A stretch of DNA of 51,428 nt from positions 1-51,428 of the forward strand of contig CAJJIV010000001.1 of the NCBI GenBank assembly GCA_905187655.1, written 5' to 3'. The translations under genes and the position numbers were made by a program. Below are positions 9,589 through 20,185 of this stretch, piece after piece (the stretch's first letter is position 1; each line of letters starts with the position of its first letter). The notes below the pieces were generated by a model. It ran no database searches and was not told where the DNA came from. It saw only the letters and a list, made by a program, of their open reading frames with translations. The stretch comes from an uncultured Eubacteriales bacterium (GTDB lineage: Bacteria; Bacillota; Clostridia; Christensenellales; UBA1242).

Positions 9589-10263
9589 ATGGGACAGAAA
9601 GTTAATCCAAATGGTCTTCGTCTTGGCATTACTACTGGCTGGAAGAGTCAATGGTATGCAGACAAAAAGTCTTTCGCAAGTTTTATTAAAGAAGACAATG
9701 AAATAAGAAAGTATATTAAGACCAATTACAAAAATTGTGGTATTTCTGCAATTTTAATTGAAAGAGGCGAAAACAAGGTTAATATTACACTAGATACCTC
9801 TAAGCCTGGTGTCGTTATTGGGCAAAAAGGTGCTGGCGTAGAGGCTATGAAGAAGGAGTTAACAAAACTTGTTAATGGTAAAGTTGTTAACATTAATGTA
9901 GTAGAAGTTAAAGCTCCAGACTTTAATGCACAACTTGTTGCTGAAAGTATTGCTTTCCAACTTGAACAAAGAGTTGGTTTTAGAAGAGCAATGAAGCAAG
10001 CACTTAATCGTTGCCAAAGAGCAGGGGTTAAAGGTGTTAAAATTATGGTAGGTGGCAGACTTGATGGTGCAGAAATTGCAAGAAGCGAGTTCTATCAAGA
10101 AGGTTCACTTCCATTACAAACCCTAAGAGCGGACATAGACTATGGTTATGCAACAGCAAAAGCATATGGTTCTACCGGTGTTAAGGTTTGGATTTACAAG
10201 GGCGAAGTTCTTGGAAAAAAAGATTTAACAATTAGGGGAGGAAACAAAAATGTTGATGCCTAA
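9589..10263 (+). CDS. rpsC: 30S ribosomal protein uS3
   Basis: Conserved uS3 sequence ([13 protein letters not shown]). Confidence 0.98.
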   Translation: MGQKVNPNGLRLGITTGWKSQWYADKKSFASFIKEDNEIRKYIKTNYKNCGISAILIERGENKVNITLDTSKPGVVIGQKGAGVEAMKKELTKLVNGKVVNINVVEVKAPDFNAQLVAESIAFQLEQRVGFRRAMKQALNRCQRAGVKGVKIMVGGRLDGAEIARSEFYQEGSLPLQTLRADIDYGYATAKAYGSTGVKVWIYKGEVLGKKDLTIRGGNKNVDA

Positions 10264-10702
10264 AAGAGTTAAAAGAAGAAAACAACAAAGAGGAAGAATG
10301 ACTGGTAAGGCACTTAGAGGCAATAAACTAGCATATGGCGAATATGGAATTATCGCTACCGAACCTTGTTGGATTACTTCAAACCAAATAGAAGCTGCTC
10401 GTATAGCAATGACTCGTTATACAAAAAGAGGTGGTAATGTTTGGATAAATATATTCCCTCATAAACCAGTAACAAAAAAGCCTGCAGAAACTCGTATGGG
10501 TTCTGGTAAAGGTTCTCCAGAGTTCTGGGTAGCCGTTGTTAAACCAGGCAGAGTTATGTTTGAAATGGGTGGAGTAAAAGAAGAAGTTGCAAGAGAAGCA
10601 TTAAGACTTGCTACTTATAAATTGCCTTGTGGCACAAAAATCGTCACAAAAGCAGACTTAGAGAAGAATGATGCTAATCTAAAGGCAAAAGAGGAGGCTT
10701 AG
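10250..10702 (+). CDS. rplP: 50S ribosomal protein uL16
   Basis: MLMPKRVK... N-terminus, GGAGG SD, 14-nt overlap with rpsC. Confidence 0.97.
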   Translation: MLMPKRVKRRKQQRGRMTGKALRGNKLAYGEYGIIATEPCWITSNQIEAARIAMTRYTKRGGNVWINIFPHKPVTKKPAETRMGSGKGSPEFWVAVVKPGRVMFEMGGVKEEVAREALRLATYKLPCGTKIVTKADLEKNDANLKAKEEA

Positions 10703-10706
10703 GGCT

Positions 10707-10979
10707 ATGAAGATAGAAAAATTAAGAAATCAGTCTGATGCAGAACTTAACAAAATGTTAACAGACCTAAAGTCTGAATTATTCAACTTAAGATTTAGCA
10801 ACGCAACTGGTTCATTACAAAATCCAATGGCATTAGAGTCTTGCAAGAAGGATATTGCCAGAGTTAAGACAATTTTAAGAGAGCGTGAACTTGGCATATC
10901 TATGTCAGTTAAACCTCAAACCGCTGAAAAGAAATCGACTAAGACAACCACTAAAAAAGTTGAAACCAAAAAGGATTAA
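10707..10979 (+). CDS. rpmC: 50S ribosomal protein uL29 with a Lys/Thr-rich C-terminal tail
   Basis: uL29 core ([11 protein letters not shown]...LFNLRF) plus a ~25-aa K/T-rich tail. Confidence 0.95.
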   Translation: MKIEKLRNQSDAELNKMLTDLKSELFNLRFSNATGSLQNPMALESCKKDIARVKTILRERELGISMSVKPQTAEKKSTKTTTKKVETKKD

Positions 10980-10990
10980 GGGGATAACTT

Positions 10991-11260
10991 ATGGAAACTA
11001 AGAAACAAGAAAGAAACAATAGAAAAACTAGAATTGGTGTTGTTACAAGTAATAAAATGGACAAGACAATTGTTGTTGCAGTTAAAGACAAAGTTAAACA
11101 CCCAATATACAAGAAAACCATTAACAAGACACAAAAGTTTAAGGCACATGACGAAGAAAACACCTGCGATATTGGTGATACCGTGCTAATTGCCGAAACT
11201 CGTCACCTATCTAAGGACAAAAACTGGCGTCTTGTTAAAATAGTAGAAAAAGTTAAATAG
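10991..11260 (+). CDS. rpsQ: 30S ribosomal protein uS17
   Basis: Conserved uS17 sequence and operon position. Confidence 0.96.
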   Translation: METKKQERNNRKTRIGVVTSNKMDKTIVVAVKDKVKHPIYKKTINKTQKFKAHDEENTCDIGDTVLIAETRHLSKDKNWRLVKIVEKVK

Positions 11261-11275
11261 TAGGGAGAAATAAAA

Positions 11276-11644
11276 ATGGTACAACAGGAAACAAGATTAA
11301 AGGTTGCTGATAATACCGGTGCTAAAGAACTTCTTGTAATAAAGGTTCTTGGTGGTTCAGTTGTTAAAAGTGGTAACATTGGCGATTGTATCATTGCAAC
11401 CGTAAAAAAAGCAATACCAAATGGTGCTGTTAAGAAAGGTGATGTTGTTAAAGCAGTTATTGTAAGAACGGTTAAAGGTATTCAAAGACCTGATGGAAGT
11501 TACATTAAGTTTGATGATAATGCAGCAGTTATTATTGGTAATGATGGCTTGCCAAGAGGTACTCGTATTTTTGGACCTATTGCAAGAGAATTAAGAGATA
11601 AGGGCTATATGAAAATAATTTCGTTAGCACCTGAAGTAATATAG
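11276..11644 (+). CDS. rplN: 50S ribosomal protein uL14
   Basis: Conserved uL14 sequence ([17 protein letters not shown]). Confidence 0.98.
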   Translation: MVQQETRLKVADNTGAKELLVIKVLGGSVVKSGNIGDCIIATVKKAIPNGAVKKGDVVKAVIVRTVKGIQRPDGSYIKFDDNAAVIIGNDGLPRGTRIFGPIARELRDKGYMKIISLAPEVI

Positions 11645-11654
11645 GAGGCAGATT

Positions 11655-12155
11655 ATGGCACAATTAAACGTAAAAACTGGCGACAAAGTTGTTGTTATTA
11701 CTGGTAAAGATGCTGGTAAGCAAGGTAAGGTTCTTGCAACCAATCCAAGCAAAAACAGAATAGTTGTTGAAGGTGTGAACATAATCAGCCGTCACACAAA
11801 ACCAAGAACAGCACAAGAAACTGGCGGAATTATTAAAAAGGAAGGTACTATTGATGTATCTAACGTTATGATAGTTTGCCCAACTTGTGGAAAGCCTACA
11901 AGAGTTAAACATATGGTAGTTGATGGCAAAAGCGTTCGCGCATGTAAATGCGGAGCTGTGCTAGATACCAAGTTTGAAAAACAGGCTAAAAAGAAAGACA
12001 ATTCTAAGGATAAAAAAGAGGCCAAAAAGCCTACAACCGAAGAAAAAGAAACTAAAAAGTCGACAAAACTAGACAAGAAAGATGCACCTGCAACCAAGTC
12101 TAACACAAAAAATAAAGCAGAAAGTGTTAGAATCAGAAGAAAACAGGAAATGTAA
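11655..12155 (+). CDS. rplX: 50S ribosomal protein uL24, long form (Cys knuckle plus Lys-rich tail)
   Basis: KOW-type N-terminus (KTGDKVVVITGKDAGKQGKV). CPTC...CKC cysteines. ~60-aa K-rich C-terminal extension. Confidence 0.95.
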   Translation: MAQLNVKTGDKVVVITGKDAGKQGKVLATNPSKNRIVVEGVNIISRHTKPRTAQETGGIIKKEGTIDVSNVMIVCPTCGKPTRVKHMVVDGKSVRACKCGAVLDTKFEKQAKKKDNSKDKKEAKKPTTEEKETKKSTKLDKKDAPATKSNTKNKAESVRIRRKQEM

Positions 12156-12173
12156 TTTTTAAGGAGATAAACA

Positions 12174-12728
12174 ATGGAAAATAAAGAAATGAACAGACTT
12201 AAAGCCAAATACCTTAAAGAAGTTGTTCCTGCACTAGAAAAAAAGTTTGGTTACAAAAACATTAACCAAGTTCCAAAAATTGAAAAGATTGTTCTTAACA
12301 TGGGTCTTGGCGATGTTAAGGATAACAGCAAGTCACTTAACCTTGCAGTTGAAGAACTTGGTCTTATTGCAGGTCAAAAGCCAATTGTAACAAAGGCAAA
12401 AAAGTCAGTCGCAAACTTTAAAGTTCGTGAAGGAATGAACATTGGTGCTAAGGTTACTTTAAGAGGCACAAAAATGTATGAATTCTTAGATAGATTTATA
12501 TCTATTGCATTGCCACGAGTTAGAGACTTTAGAGGCGTAAACCCAAATTCATTTGATGGAAGAGGTAGTTTTTCATATGGCGTTAAGGAACAATTAATAT
12601 TCCCAGAAATCGTTTATGACAAAATTGAAAAAATCCGTGGGTTTGATGTAGCAATTGTTACAACTGCTAAAACTGATGAAGAAGCAAGAGAATTATTAGC
12701 GTTAATGGGTATGCCATTTAAGAAATAA
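12174..12728 (+). CDS. rplE: 50S ribosomal protein uL5
   Basis: Conserved uL5 sequence (NRLKAKY...). AAGGAG SD. Confidence 0.97.
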   Translation: MENKEMNRLKAKYLKEVVPALEKKFGYKNINQVPKIEKIVLNMGLGDVKDNSKSLNLAVEELGLIAGQKPIVTKAKKSVANFKVREGMNIGAKVTLRGTKMYEFLDRFISIALPRVRDFRGVNPNSFDGRGSFSYGVKEQLIFPEIVYDKIEKIRGFDVAIVTTAKTDEEARELLALMGMPFKK

Positions 12729-12742
12729 CGAAGGAGATAATT

Positions 12743-12928
12743 ATGGCAAAAAAAGCACTTATAAACAAACAACAAGGCAAACAAAAATATAGCACTCGTG
12801 AGTATACAAGATGCTCAATCTGTGGACGTCCTCATGCCGTTCTTAAAAAATATGGTATCTGCCGTATTTGTTTCAGAGAACTAGCATACAAGGGTGAAAT
12901 CCCAGGTGCTAAGAAAGCTAGTTGGTAA
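12743..12928 (+). CDS. rpsN: 30S ribosomal protein uS14, short zinc-binding (type Z) form
   Basis: 61 aa with CxxC...CxxC and a terminal ...KASW. Confidence 0.97.
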   Translation: MAKKALINKQQGKQKYSTREYTRCSICGRPHAVLKKYGICRICFRELAYKGEIPGAKKASW

Positions 12929-12947
12929 AATTTAGGAGGAAATTAAA

Positions 12948-13346
12948 ATGATAGTAACAGATCCTATTGCAGATATGTTAACAAGAATTAGAAATGCACA
13001 GACCTCTAGGCACGAAACCGTAACAATTCCTGATTCTAAAATTAAAAGAGCCATCGCTGAAATTCTTTTAGCAGAAGGATACATTTCTAAGGTTGAATAT
13101 ATTGAGGACAAAGTTCAAGGAAATATAAAAATCACACTAAAATACACCGAAGATAACAAAAAAGTTATCAGTGGATTAAAGAGAATTTCTAAACCAGGTT
13201 TAAGAATTTATGCAAATGCAGATGAATTGCCAAGAGTTCTTAACGGACTAGGAATTGCAATTGTATCTACTAGCAAAGGTGTACTAACAGACAGGGAAGC
13301 AAGAAAACTTGGCCTTGGTGGCGAAATTCTTGCTTACGTATGGTAA
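12948..13346 (+). CDS. rpsH: 30S ribosomal protein uS8
   Basis: Conserved uS8 sequence ([14 protein letters not shown]). Confidence 0.98.
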   Translation: MIVTDPIADMLTRIRNAQTSRHETVTIPDSKIKRAIAEILLAEGYISKVEYIEDKVQGNIKITLKYTEDNKKVISGLKRISKPGLRIYANADELPRVLNGLGIAIVSTSKGVLTDREARKLGLGGEILAYVW

Positions 13347-13360
13347 GGAGGTAATTAAAT

Positions 13361-13921
13361 ATGTCAAGAATAGGAAGATTACCAATTGAATTACCAGAAA
13401 AAGTTACTGTTGATATAACTGCTGAAAATGTTGTTTTAGTAACAGGTCCACTTGGAACTCTAAGACAAGAAGTTGATAGCGTTATTAAGGTAGAAAAAGG
13501 AACTCATAACGATAAGCCAGCACTAATCTTAATTCGTTCTAGCGACGACAAAGAAATAAAGGCTAAACACGGTTTGTATCGTGCCTTAATTTATAATATG
13601 GTTAAGGGAGTTACCGAAGGTTATAGCAAAAACCTTACAATTAACGGTGTAGGTTTTAAGTGTTCGGTAAGTGGAAATAAATTAGTATTAAACATCGGTT
13701 TTTCACACCCTGTTAATTTTGAATTTCCAAACGACATTAAAATCACCTGCCCATCTGCAACTGAAATTAAGGTAGAAGGCTGTGACAAAACAAAGGTTGG
13801 TCAGGTTGCTGCCGATATTAAGGCACTTAAACCAGTTGAACCATACCACGCTTATGGCATTAGATACACTGATCAATATGTCCTAAGAAAAGAAATTAAA
13901 AAGGCTGCTAAGAAGAAATAA
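13361..13921 (+). CDS. rplF: 50S ribosomal protein uL6
   Basis: Conserved uL6 sequence (MSRIGRLPIELP). Confidence 0.97.
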   Translation: MSRIGRLPIELPEKVTVDITAENVVLVTGPLGTLRQEVDSVIKVEKGTHNDKPALILIRSSDDKEIKAKHGLYRALIYNMVKGVTEGYSKNLTINGVGFKCSVSGNKLVLNIGFSHPVNFEFPNDIKITCPSATEIKVEGCDKTKVGQVAADIKALKPVEPYHAYGIRYTDQYVLRKEIKKAAKKK

Positions 13922-13932
13922 GGAGAAAAGGT

Positions 13933-14301
13933 ATGATTAAGAAAATTGATAAAAACTCTGTTCGTAAAGCAAAGCAAAAAAGAATTAGAGCAACATTATC
14001 TGGTACTTCGGCTCGTCCAAGACTAAATGTATACCGTTCTTTAACTAATATTTATGCACAAGTTATTGATGATGAAAAGGGTGTAACACTTTGCAGTTCA
14101 TCTACAATGGAAAAGGGAATTAAGGCAAAGCTTGCCGGAAAGACCAAATCTGAACAAGCATATATGATTGGTGAGGATATTGCAAAAAAGGCTATCAAAA
14201 AAGGTATTAAAGAAGTGGTATTTGATCGTGCTGGTTACATCTTCACTGGCAGGGTAGCAAAAGTTGCTGAAGGCGCTAGAAACGCTGGATTGAATTTTTA
14301 G
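13933..14301 (+). CDS. rplR: 50S ribosomal protein uL18
   Basis: Conserved uL18 sequence (RPRLNVYRSL.NIYAQVIDD). Confidence 0.97.
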   Translation: MIKKIDKNSVRKAKQKRIRATLSGTSARPRLNVYRSLTNIYAQVIDDEKGVTLCSSSTMEKGIKAKLAGKTKSEQAYMIGEDIAKKAIKKGIKEVVFDRAGYIFTGRVAKVAEGARNAGLNF

Positions 14302-14319
14302 GATAGGAGAGAGTAAAAA

Positions 14320-14838
14320 ATGGCAAAAGTAGAAAGAACAAAAAAAGAAGCACCTGAAAAGAAAGATGAATTTGAAAAAGTTACCGCCGATATACGCCGT
14401 GTTACAAAGGTTGTTAAGGGTGGTAGAAATATGAGATTCTCTGCTCTTGTTGTCGTTGGCGACAAAAAGGGTAAGGTAGGAATTGGTCTTGGCAGAGGTG
14501 CCGAAGTTTCAATTGCTATGGACAAAGCAGGTCTTGAAGCAAAGAAACACATAACTGAAATACCATTAAAAGACACCACTATTCCACACGAAGTTATAGG
14601 AAAGTTTGAAAAAACCAAGGTTATTTTAATGCCAGCCAAGAAAGGTAATGGTATCATTGCTGGTGGTAGTGTAAGAACTGTTGTTGAACTTGCAGGAATT
14701 AGAGATATTACTACAAAGTTATATGGTTCAAATAACCCAGTTAACTGCGTTAAAGCAACTCTAAACGGATTAATGCAACTAAGAAGCGCTGAAGAGATTG
14801 CTAAACTTCGTGGCAAAAGTGTAGATGAAATCTTATAG
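14320..14838 (+). CDS. rpsE: 30S ribosomal protein uS5
   Basis: Conserved uS5 sequence (RVTKVVKGGR...FSALVVVGD). Confidence 0.97.
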   Translation: MAKVERTKKEAPEKKDEFEKVTADIRRVTKVVKGGRNMRFSALVVVGDKKGKVGIGLGRGAEVSIAMDKAGLEAKKHITEIPLKDTTIPHEVIGKFEKTKVILMPAKKGNGIIAGGSVRTVVELAGIRDITTKLYGSNNPVNCVKATLNGLMQLRSAEEIAKLRGKSVDEIL

Positions 14839-14849
14839 GAGAGAGAAGT

Positions 14850-15182
14850 ATGGAAACAAAAACTAACAGTACAACAAAAAAGGCAACTAAAAAAGTTGAT
14901 GCTCCTGTAGAAAAGAAAAGTGCGGTAAAAACAACTGAAACTGTTGCTAAAAAAGAAACTGCAACCGCAGTTAAAAAACCAGCAACCAAAAAGAATGCTG
15001 AAAAAATGCTTAAAATTACATTAATTAAAAGCACAAACGGCGCACTAGAAAAGCAAAAAAGAACTGTTGAGGCTTTAGGTCTTAGAAAAATTAGAAGTTG
15101 TGTTACAAAGCCAGATAACGCTTGCACACGCGGAATGATTTTTGTTGTAAGACACATGGTTTCAGTAGAAGAAGTTAAGTAG
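14850..15182 (+). CDS. rpmD: 50S ribosomal protein uL30 with a 52-aa N-terminal K/T/A-rich extension
   Basis: Canonical uL30 core begins at M53 (MLKITLIKS...). Only the 14850 ATG has a strong SD (AGGAGAGAG), 12 nt after the rpsE stop. Confidence 0.9.
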   Translation: METKTNSTTKKATKKVDAPVEKKSAVKTTETVAKKETATAVKKPATKKNAEKMLKITLIKSTNGALEKQKRTVEALGLRKIRSCVTKPDNACTRGMIFVVRHMVSVEEVK

Positions 15183-15201
15183 AAAATAGGAGAGTTGAGT
15201 T

Positions 15202-15645
15202 ATGAATATACAAAATTTGTCACCAGCCCCAAATTCTACCTTTAACAACAAACGAGTTGGTAGGGGTATGGGCTCTGGTCACGGAAAGACAAGTGGTAAA
15301 GGTCATAAAGGACAAAACGCCAGAAGCGGTGGTGGAGTTCGCCCAGGTTTTGAAGGCGGTCAGATGCCACTATTGCGTAGGATTCCAAAACGTGGCTTTA
15401 CTAACAACTGGGCTAAAGAATACACAATTATTAATGTAGGACAACTTAACAGTTTGGAACCAAACACAATTGTTACCGCAGAAATGCTAAAGACAAAAGG
15501 AATGATTTCAAAAGTAGAGAAGTTTGGTCTTAAAGTTATTGGTAATGGAGAATTAACTGTTCCACTAACAGTAAAGGCTAACAAGTTCTCGGAGTCGGCA
15601 GTTCAAAAAATCCAAAAAGCCGGCGGTAGTGTTGAGGTGATTTAA
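15202..15645 (+). CDS. rplO: 50S ribosomal protein uL15
   Basis: Conserved uL15 sequence ([19 protein letters not shown]). Confidence 0.97.
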   Translation: MNIQNLSPAPNSTFNNKRVGRGMGSGHGKTSGKGHKGQNARSGGGVRPGFEGGQMPLLRRIPKRGFTNNWAKEYTIINVGQLNSLEPNTIVTAEMLKTKGMISKVEKFGLKVIGNGELTVPLTVKANKFSESAVQKIQKAGGSVEVI

Positions 15646-16955
15646 TGTTCAAAACGTTAGCAGGTGCATTTAAAAACAAAGAAATAAGAAAAAAATTAAT
15701 AATAACTGTTTTGTTATTATTGGTTTACAGGCTTGGCTGTTATTTGCCAATTCCTGGAATTAATGCTGAAGCATATGGGTTATCTATTAGCGAAGATACC
15801 GTTGGTGTACTTAGCTTATTAAACTCGGTAACTGGTTCAGCACTAGAAAATGGCTCGTTTCTTGCACTTGGCATAACGCCTTATATTAACGCATCAATTA
15901 TAGTGCAACTTTTAGCAGTTGGTATTCCTGCCCTAGAAAGGCTTTCTAAGGAAGGCGATGAAGGCAGAAAGAAAATGAATATGATTACAAAAATTATTGC
16001 AATCGTACTTGCAATTGCCCAAGGTGTTGGAACGGTAATTGGATTTGGAAAATCTAGTTTGGTTAACATTTTTGGTGCAGGATGCCCAATTTGGGTAACT
16101 GGAGCATTTGTAGTAATTCTAATGGTTGCAGGAACTTGCTTTACAATGTGGCTAGGTGATCGTATTACCGAGCAAAATGTTGGAAATGGTATTTCATTAA
16201 TTATCTTTGTTGGTATAATGAGTACTGCAGGACTATCAATATTAAATGCCTTTAAGAATATTTTCAGCGGAAATTTAAACGCTCTTTGGGAACTATTAGG
16301 ATTCTTGGCATTAACAGTTTTAATTTTTGCACTAATTGTTTTTGTAGATTTGGCAGAACGCAAAATTCCAGTTCAGTATGCAAAGCAAATTAAGGGACGC
16401 AAAATGTTTGGTGGACAGTCAAGTTACATTCCAATGAAAATAAACGCCAGTGGTGTTATGCCAATAATTTTTGCATCAGCAATAATAACTTTCCCAAGTT
16501 TAATTATGCAACTATTTGGTGTTACACCAGAAAGTGGGTGGTTTGCGAAATTCTATTACAATTACCTTGGAACAGGTAGCGTAGTATATAGCATTTTAGT
16601 TGGCTTGTTAATATTGTTCTTCGCATATTTTTATGCACAAATTCAATTTAACCCAGCCGATGTAAGCCAAAACATTCAACAACACGGTGGATTTATTCCG
16701 GGCATAAGACCAGGGAAGGCAACTACCGATTACTTAAAGCGAGTAAGCAACAGAATTACATTGTTTGGTGCAATATTCCTTGCATTTATTGCAATTGTAC
16801 CATCTGTAATATTTAGACTTGTTGCAGGTGATCAACTAGAATTATTAAACGCATTTACTGCAACTGGTATGCTAATTGTAGTAAGCGTAGCCATAGAATT
16901 TGGAACACAACTAGAAGCACAACTTATGATGAAGCGACACAAAAATATCTTATAG
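15645..16955 (+). CDS. secY: Preprotein translocase subunit SecY
   Basis: 436-aa multi-TM protein with SecY motifs (LGI.PYI.ASII.QLL). TAATG overlap with rplO. Confidence 0.97.
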   Translation: MFKTLAGAFKNKEIRKKLIITVLLLLVYRLGCYLPIPGINAEAYGLSISEDTVGVLSLLNSVTGSALENGSFLALGITPYINASIIVQLLAVGIPALERLSKEGDEGRKKMNMITKIIAIVLAIAQGVGTVIGFGKSSLVNIFGAGCPIWVTGAFVVILMVAGTCFTMWLGDRITEQNVGNGISLIIFVGIMSTAGLSILNAFKNIFSGNLNALWELLGFLALTVLIFALIVFVDLAERKIPVQYAKQIKGRKMFGGQSSYIPMKINASGVMPIIFASAIITFPSLIMQLFGVTPESGWFAKFYYNYLGTGSVVYSILVGLLILFFAYFYAQIQFNPADVSQNIQQHGGFIPGIRPGKATTDYLKRVSNRITLFGAIFLAFIAIVPSVIFRLVAGDQLELLNAFTATGMLIVVSVAIEFGTQLEAQLMMKRHKNIL

Positions 16956-16964
16956 GAGTACAAT

Positions 16965-17585
16965 ATGAACATCTTAATGATTGGGGCATCTGGATCGGGG
17001 AAAGGAACACAAGCAAAAATTTTGGTAGAAAAATATGGCTTTTGCCATTTATCAATGGGTGATGTGTTAAAAGAACAAGTTAAGCTTGGGACAAAAGAAG
17101 GCAAAATTATAGATGAGTACCAACGCAATGGAAATTTGGTGCCACTAGAAATTACAGTAAAAGCACTAGAAAACAAAATTGAAGCAACAAAAAATACAAA
17201 CGGTTATTTGTTAGATGGTTTTCCACGCAACATGGAACAAGTAAAGTTGCTAAAACTTAAAGTAGACCTAGTATTAAACTTCGTAAATGACCTGGAAAGG
17301 CTAAGAGATCGATTGGTTAATCGCAGAGTCTGCAAAGATTGCAATGGAAATTGTCATGTTAGCCAGTTGAAAAACGGCAAATGTCCAGTATGTGGCGGAG
17401 AAGTTTATCAAAGAACTGATGACAATGATGCTTCAATTACCAAAAGGCTAGACTTTTATCGTAAGGAAGTTATGCCAGTAGCCGAGTACTACCATAAGTC
17501 AGGCATTAAGACTGTTGATATAGATGCAGATAAGACTATTAATGAAGTTGCAGAGCAGATAGAAAATGCTATAAAAGAAGTGTAA
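16965..17585 (+). CDS. adk: Adenylate kinase with a Cys4 zinc lid
   Basis: P-loop GASGSGKGT. Lid CKDC...CPVC. Conserved position after secY. Confidence 0.93.
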   Translation: MNILMIGASGSGKGTQAKILVEKYGFCHLSMGDVLKEQVKLGTKEGKIIDEYQRNGNLVPLEITVKALENKIEATKNTNGYLLDGFPRNMEQVKLLKLKVDLVLNFVNDLERLRDRLVNRRVCKDCNGNCHVSQLKNGKCPVCGGEVYQRTDDNDASITKRLDFYRKEVMPVAEYYHKSGIKTVDIDADKTINEVAEQIENAIKEV

Positions 17586-17588
17586 AAA

Positions 17589-18335
17589 ATGATTAAAAGC
17601 AAAACTGAAAAAGAAATAGGGTGTATGCGAGAGTCGGCAAAGATTTTAGCAAAGACTCTTGAATTACTAGAAAAGGAAATCCGACCAGGAATTTCGACAA
17701 AGTACCTTGACAAAATTGCAAATGAATATATAATACAATGCGGAGCAAAACCAGCCTTTTTAGGTCAATATGGTTACCCTGCAACCATTTGCACCTCAGT
17801 TGATGATATTGTTGTACACGGCATTCCACGTGATACAACAATATTAAAAGAAGGTCAAATTATTGGCATAGACTGTGGCGTTAAATACAAGGGGTTCTGT
17901 TCAGACGCGGCGAGAACCTTTGCGGTAGGGAAAATCAGTGCAGAGAAGCAAAAACTTATTGATGTAACAAGACAGAGTTTTTTTGAAGGCATAAAAGACC
18001 TAAAAGCAGGTGCAAGGCTTGGTGACATAGGTGCTAGGGTTCAAAACTATGCCGAAAAGCATGGATTTTCGGTGGTTAGAGACTTAGTTGGTCATGGAAT
18101 TGGCAGGAATATGCACGAAGATCCATCTGTTCCAAACTATGGAACAATGGGGCTAGGAGCAAAAATTCCTAACAACTGCACGCTTGCCATAGAACCAATG
18201 GTTAATGCTGGCGATTATGAGGTAGTGTTTAATGGTATGTGGGATGTAAGGACCAAAGATGGAAAGCCAAGCGCTCATTACGAAAACACTGTCTTAATAA
18301 CCGATAGCGGAGTTGAAATTCTTACAATTTTATAA
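17589..18335 (+). CDS. map: Type I methionine aminopeptidase
   Basis: Conserved MetAP metal-ligand context (GIDCGV, HGIGR, EPM). Position after adk. Confidence 0.95.
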   Translation: MIKSKTEKEIGCMRESAKILAKTLELLEKEIRPGISTKYLDKIANEYIIQCGAKPAFLGQYGYPATICTSVDDIVVHGIPRDTTILKEGQIIGIDCGVKYKGFCSDAARTFAVGKISAEKQKLIDVTRQSFFEGIKDLKAGARLGDIGARVQNYAEKHGFSVVRDLVGHGIGRNMHEDPSVPNYGTMGLGAKIPNNCTLAIEPMVNAGDYEVVFNGMWDVRTKDGKPSAHYENTVLITDSGVEILTIL

Positions 18336-18353
18336 ATTTTAGGAGGATAACAG

Positions 18354-18572
18354 ATGTCTAAAGACGATGTTATTGAAACCGAGGGAGTTGTTGTAGAAGC
18401 GCTTCCGGGGGCAACTTTTAAAGTTAAACTATCCAACGGACACATAATTACTGCTTACCTTAGCGGAAAACTTTGGAAAAACCTAATTAGAGTTTACGAA
18501 GGTGACACAGTTAAACTTGAAATGAGCCCTTACGATTTAACAAAAGGCAGAATTATTTGGCGACAAAAATAA
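18354..18572 (+). CDS. infA: Translation initiation factor IF-1
   Basis: 72-aa S1-fold sequence (KDDVIE.EG.V.EALP...F.V.L.NGH). Confidence 0.96.
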   Translation: MSKDDVIETEGVVVEALPGATFKVKLSNGHIITAYLSGKLWKNLIRVYEGDTVKLEMSPYDLTKGRIIWRQK

Positions 18573-18591
18573 ACTTAAGGAGATTACAAAA

Positions 18592-18708
18592 ATGAAAGTT
18601 AGACCAAGTGTAAAACCAATTTGTGATAAATGTAAAGTTATAAAAAGAAATGGAAAACTAAGAGTTATTTGCTCAAAGTATCCAAAGCACAAACAAGTTC
18701 AAGGCTAA
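18592..18708 (+). CDS. rpmJ: 50S ribosomal protein bL36, zinc-binding form (absent from the supplied ORF track)
   Basis: Hand translation gives [38 protein letters not shown] (38 aa). AAGGAG SD. Canonical infA-rpmJ-rpsM position. Confidence 0.95.
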   Translation: MKVRPSVKPICDKCKVIKRNGKLRVICSKYPKHKQVQG

Positions 18709-18759
18709 CATACTAATTAAAAACTAAACTAATTTTTAAAATACATATGGAGGTGGCAA

Positions 18760-19131
18760 ATGGCACGTATTTCAGGTGTTGATTTACCTAATGAAAAGAG
18801 AGTTGAAATAGGTTTAACCTATATTTACGGTGTTGGTAGAGTAACTGCTAACAAAATTTTGTCAGCAACAAACATAAACCCAGACACCAGAGTTAAAGAT
18901 TTGTCTGAATCTGAAGTTAACAAAATCAGAGATTACATAGAAAAGAACCTTGTTGTAGAAGGCGATAAGAAACGTGATGTTGCAATGGACATTAAAAGCC
19001 TTATGGAAATCGGTTGTTACCGAGGTGTAAGACACAGAAAAGGTCTTCCATGCCGTGGACAAAAGACAAGCAGTAATGCAAGAACTGCAAAAGGTCCTCG
19101 TAACAGTGGAATTAAGAAGAAAGGAAAATAA
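18760..19131 (+). CDS. rpsM: 30S ribosomal protein uS13
   Basis: Conserved uS13 sequence ([10 protein letters not shown]). Confidence 0.98.
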   Translation: MARISGVDLPNEKRVEIGLTYIYGVGRVTANKILSATNINPDTRVKDLSESEVNKIRDYIEKNLVVEGDKKRDVAMDIKSLMEIGCYRGVRHRKGLPCRGQKTSSNARTAKGPRNSGIKKKGK

Positions 19132-19145
19132 GGAGATAATAAACA

Positions 19146-19535
19146 ATGGCAGTTCAAAAAAGAACAACTAAGAAGAAAAGAACAACTAATATTGATAAAG
19201 GTGTAGTTCATGTTCATGCATCTTTTAACAACACATTAGTTACAATTACCGATGTTGCTGGTAATGTTATTGCTTGGAGTTCAGCAGGAAGCCTTGGTTA
19301 CAAGGGAAACAAAAAGAGCACTCCATTTGCAGCAAGTCAAGCCGCTGAAACAGCAGCAAAAGCAGCAAAAGAGTATGGCTTAAAGAGTGTTGAAGTTTTA
19401 GTTAAGGGACCTGGTAACGGCAGAGAAGCAGCAATCAGAGCACTTGCTAATGCAGACATTGAAGTAACAATGATCCGTGATGTGTCTCCAATCCCACACA
19501 ATGGTTGCAGACCACCAAAGAGAAGAAGAATATAG
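19146..19535 (+). CDS. rpsK: 30S ribosomal protein uS11
   Basis: Conserved uS11 sequence (HV.ASFNNT.VTITD). Confidence 0.98.
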   Translation: MAVQKRTTKKKRTTNIDKGVVHVHASFNNTLVTITDVAGNVIAWSSAGSLGYKGNKKSTPFAASQAAETAAKAAKEYGLKSVEVLVKGPGNGREAAIRALANADIEVTMIRDVSPIPHNGCRPPKRRRI

Positions 19536-19547
19536 GAGGAGTAGCAA

Positions 19548-20168
19548 ATGGCAAAGTATACATCAGCAGATTGCAGACTATGTCGTAGAGAAGGCACAAA
19601 ACTTTTCTTAAAAGGAGACCGTTGCCTATCTAAGAAATGTGCAATAGAAAAGCGTCCAGTAGTTCCTGGACAACACGGCAATGCTCGCAAAAAATTTACC
19701 GAATATGGTAAACAATTAAGAGAAAAACAAAAAGTTAAAAGAGCATATGGTATCCTTGAAAAGCAAATGCGTGGATATTATGAAGAAGCAGAAAGACAAA
19801 GCGGAATTACCGGTGAAACAATTCTATCTTTATTAGAAAGAAGATTAGACAATGTTGTATACCGTATGGGTATTGGCGTAAGTCGTTCAGCAGCAAGACA
19901 AATTGTTAACCATGGTCATATTTGTGTTAATGGCAAAAGAGTTAACATTCCTGCTTATCAAGTAAATGTTGGTGATGTTATTTCTGTTAAAGATAACAAA
20001 AAGAATCTAGAAATGTTTAAATCGCTTAAAGAACTTAAAGTTATTATGCCAAAGTGGTTAGAATTTGATGCTAACAAACTAGAAGGCAAAGTATTAGATT
20101 TACCAAAGCGAGATGATATTGACCTTGCAATAGAAGAACACTTAATTGTCGAATTATATTCTAAATAA
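19548..20168 (+). CDS. rpsD: 30S ribosomal protein uS4
   Basis: Conserved uS4 sequence ([16 protein letters not shown]). Confidence 0.97.
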   Translation: MAKYTSADCRLCRREGTKLFLKGDRCLSKKCAIEKRPVVPGQHGNARKKFTEYGKQLREKQKVKRAYGILEKQMRGYYEEAERQSGITGETILSLLERRLDNVVYRMGIGVSRSAARQIVNHGHICVNGKRVNIPAYQVNVGDVISVKDNKKNLEMFKSLKELKVIMPKWLEFDANKLEGKVLDLPKRDDIDLAIEEHLIVELYSK

Positions 20169-20185
20169 TAAAGGAGTAAATTATT

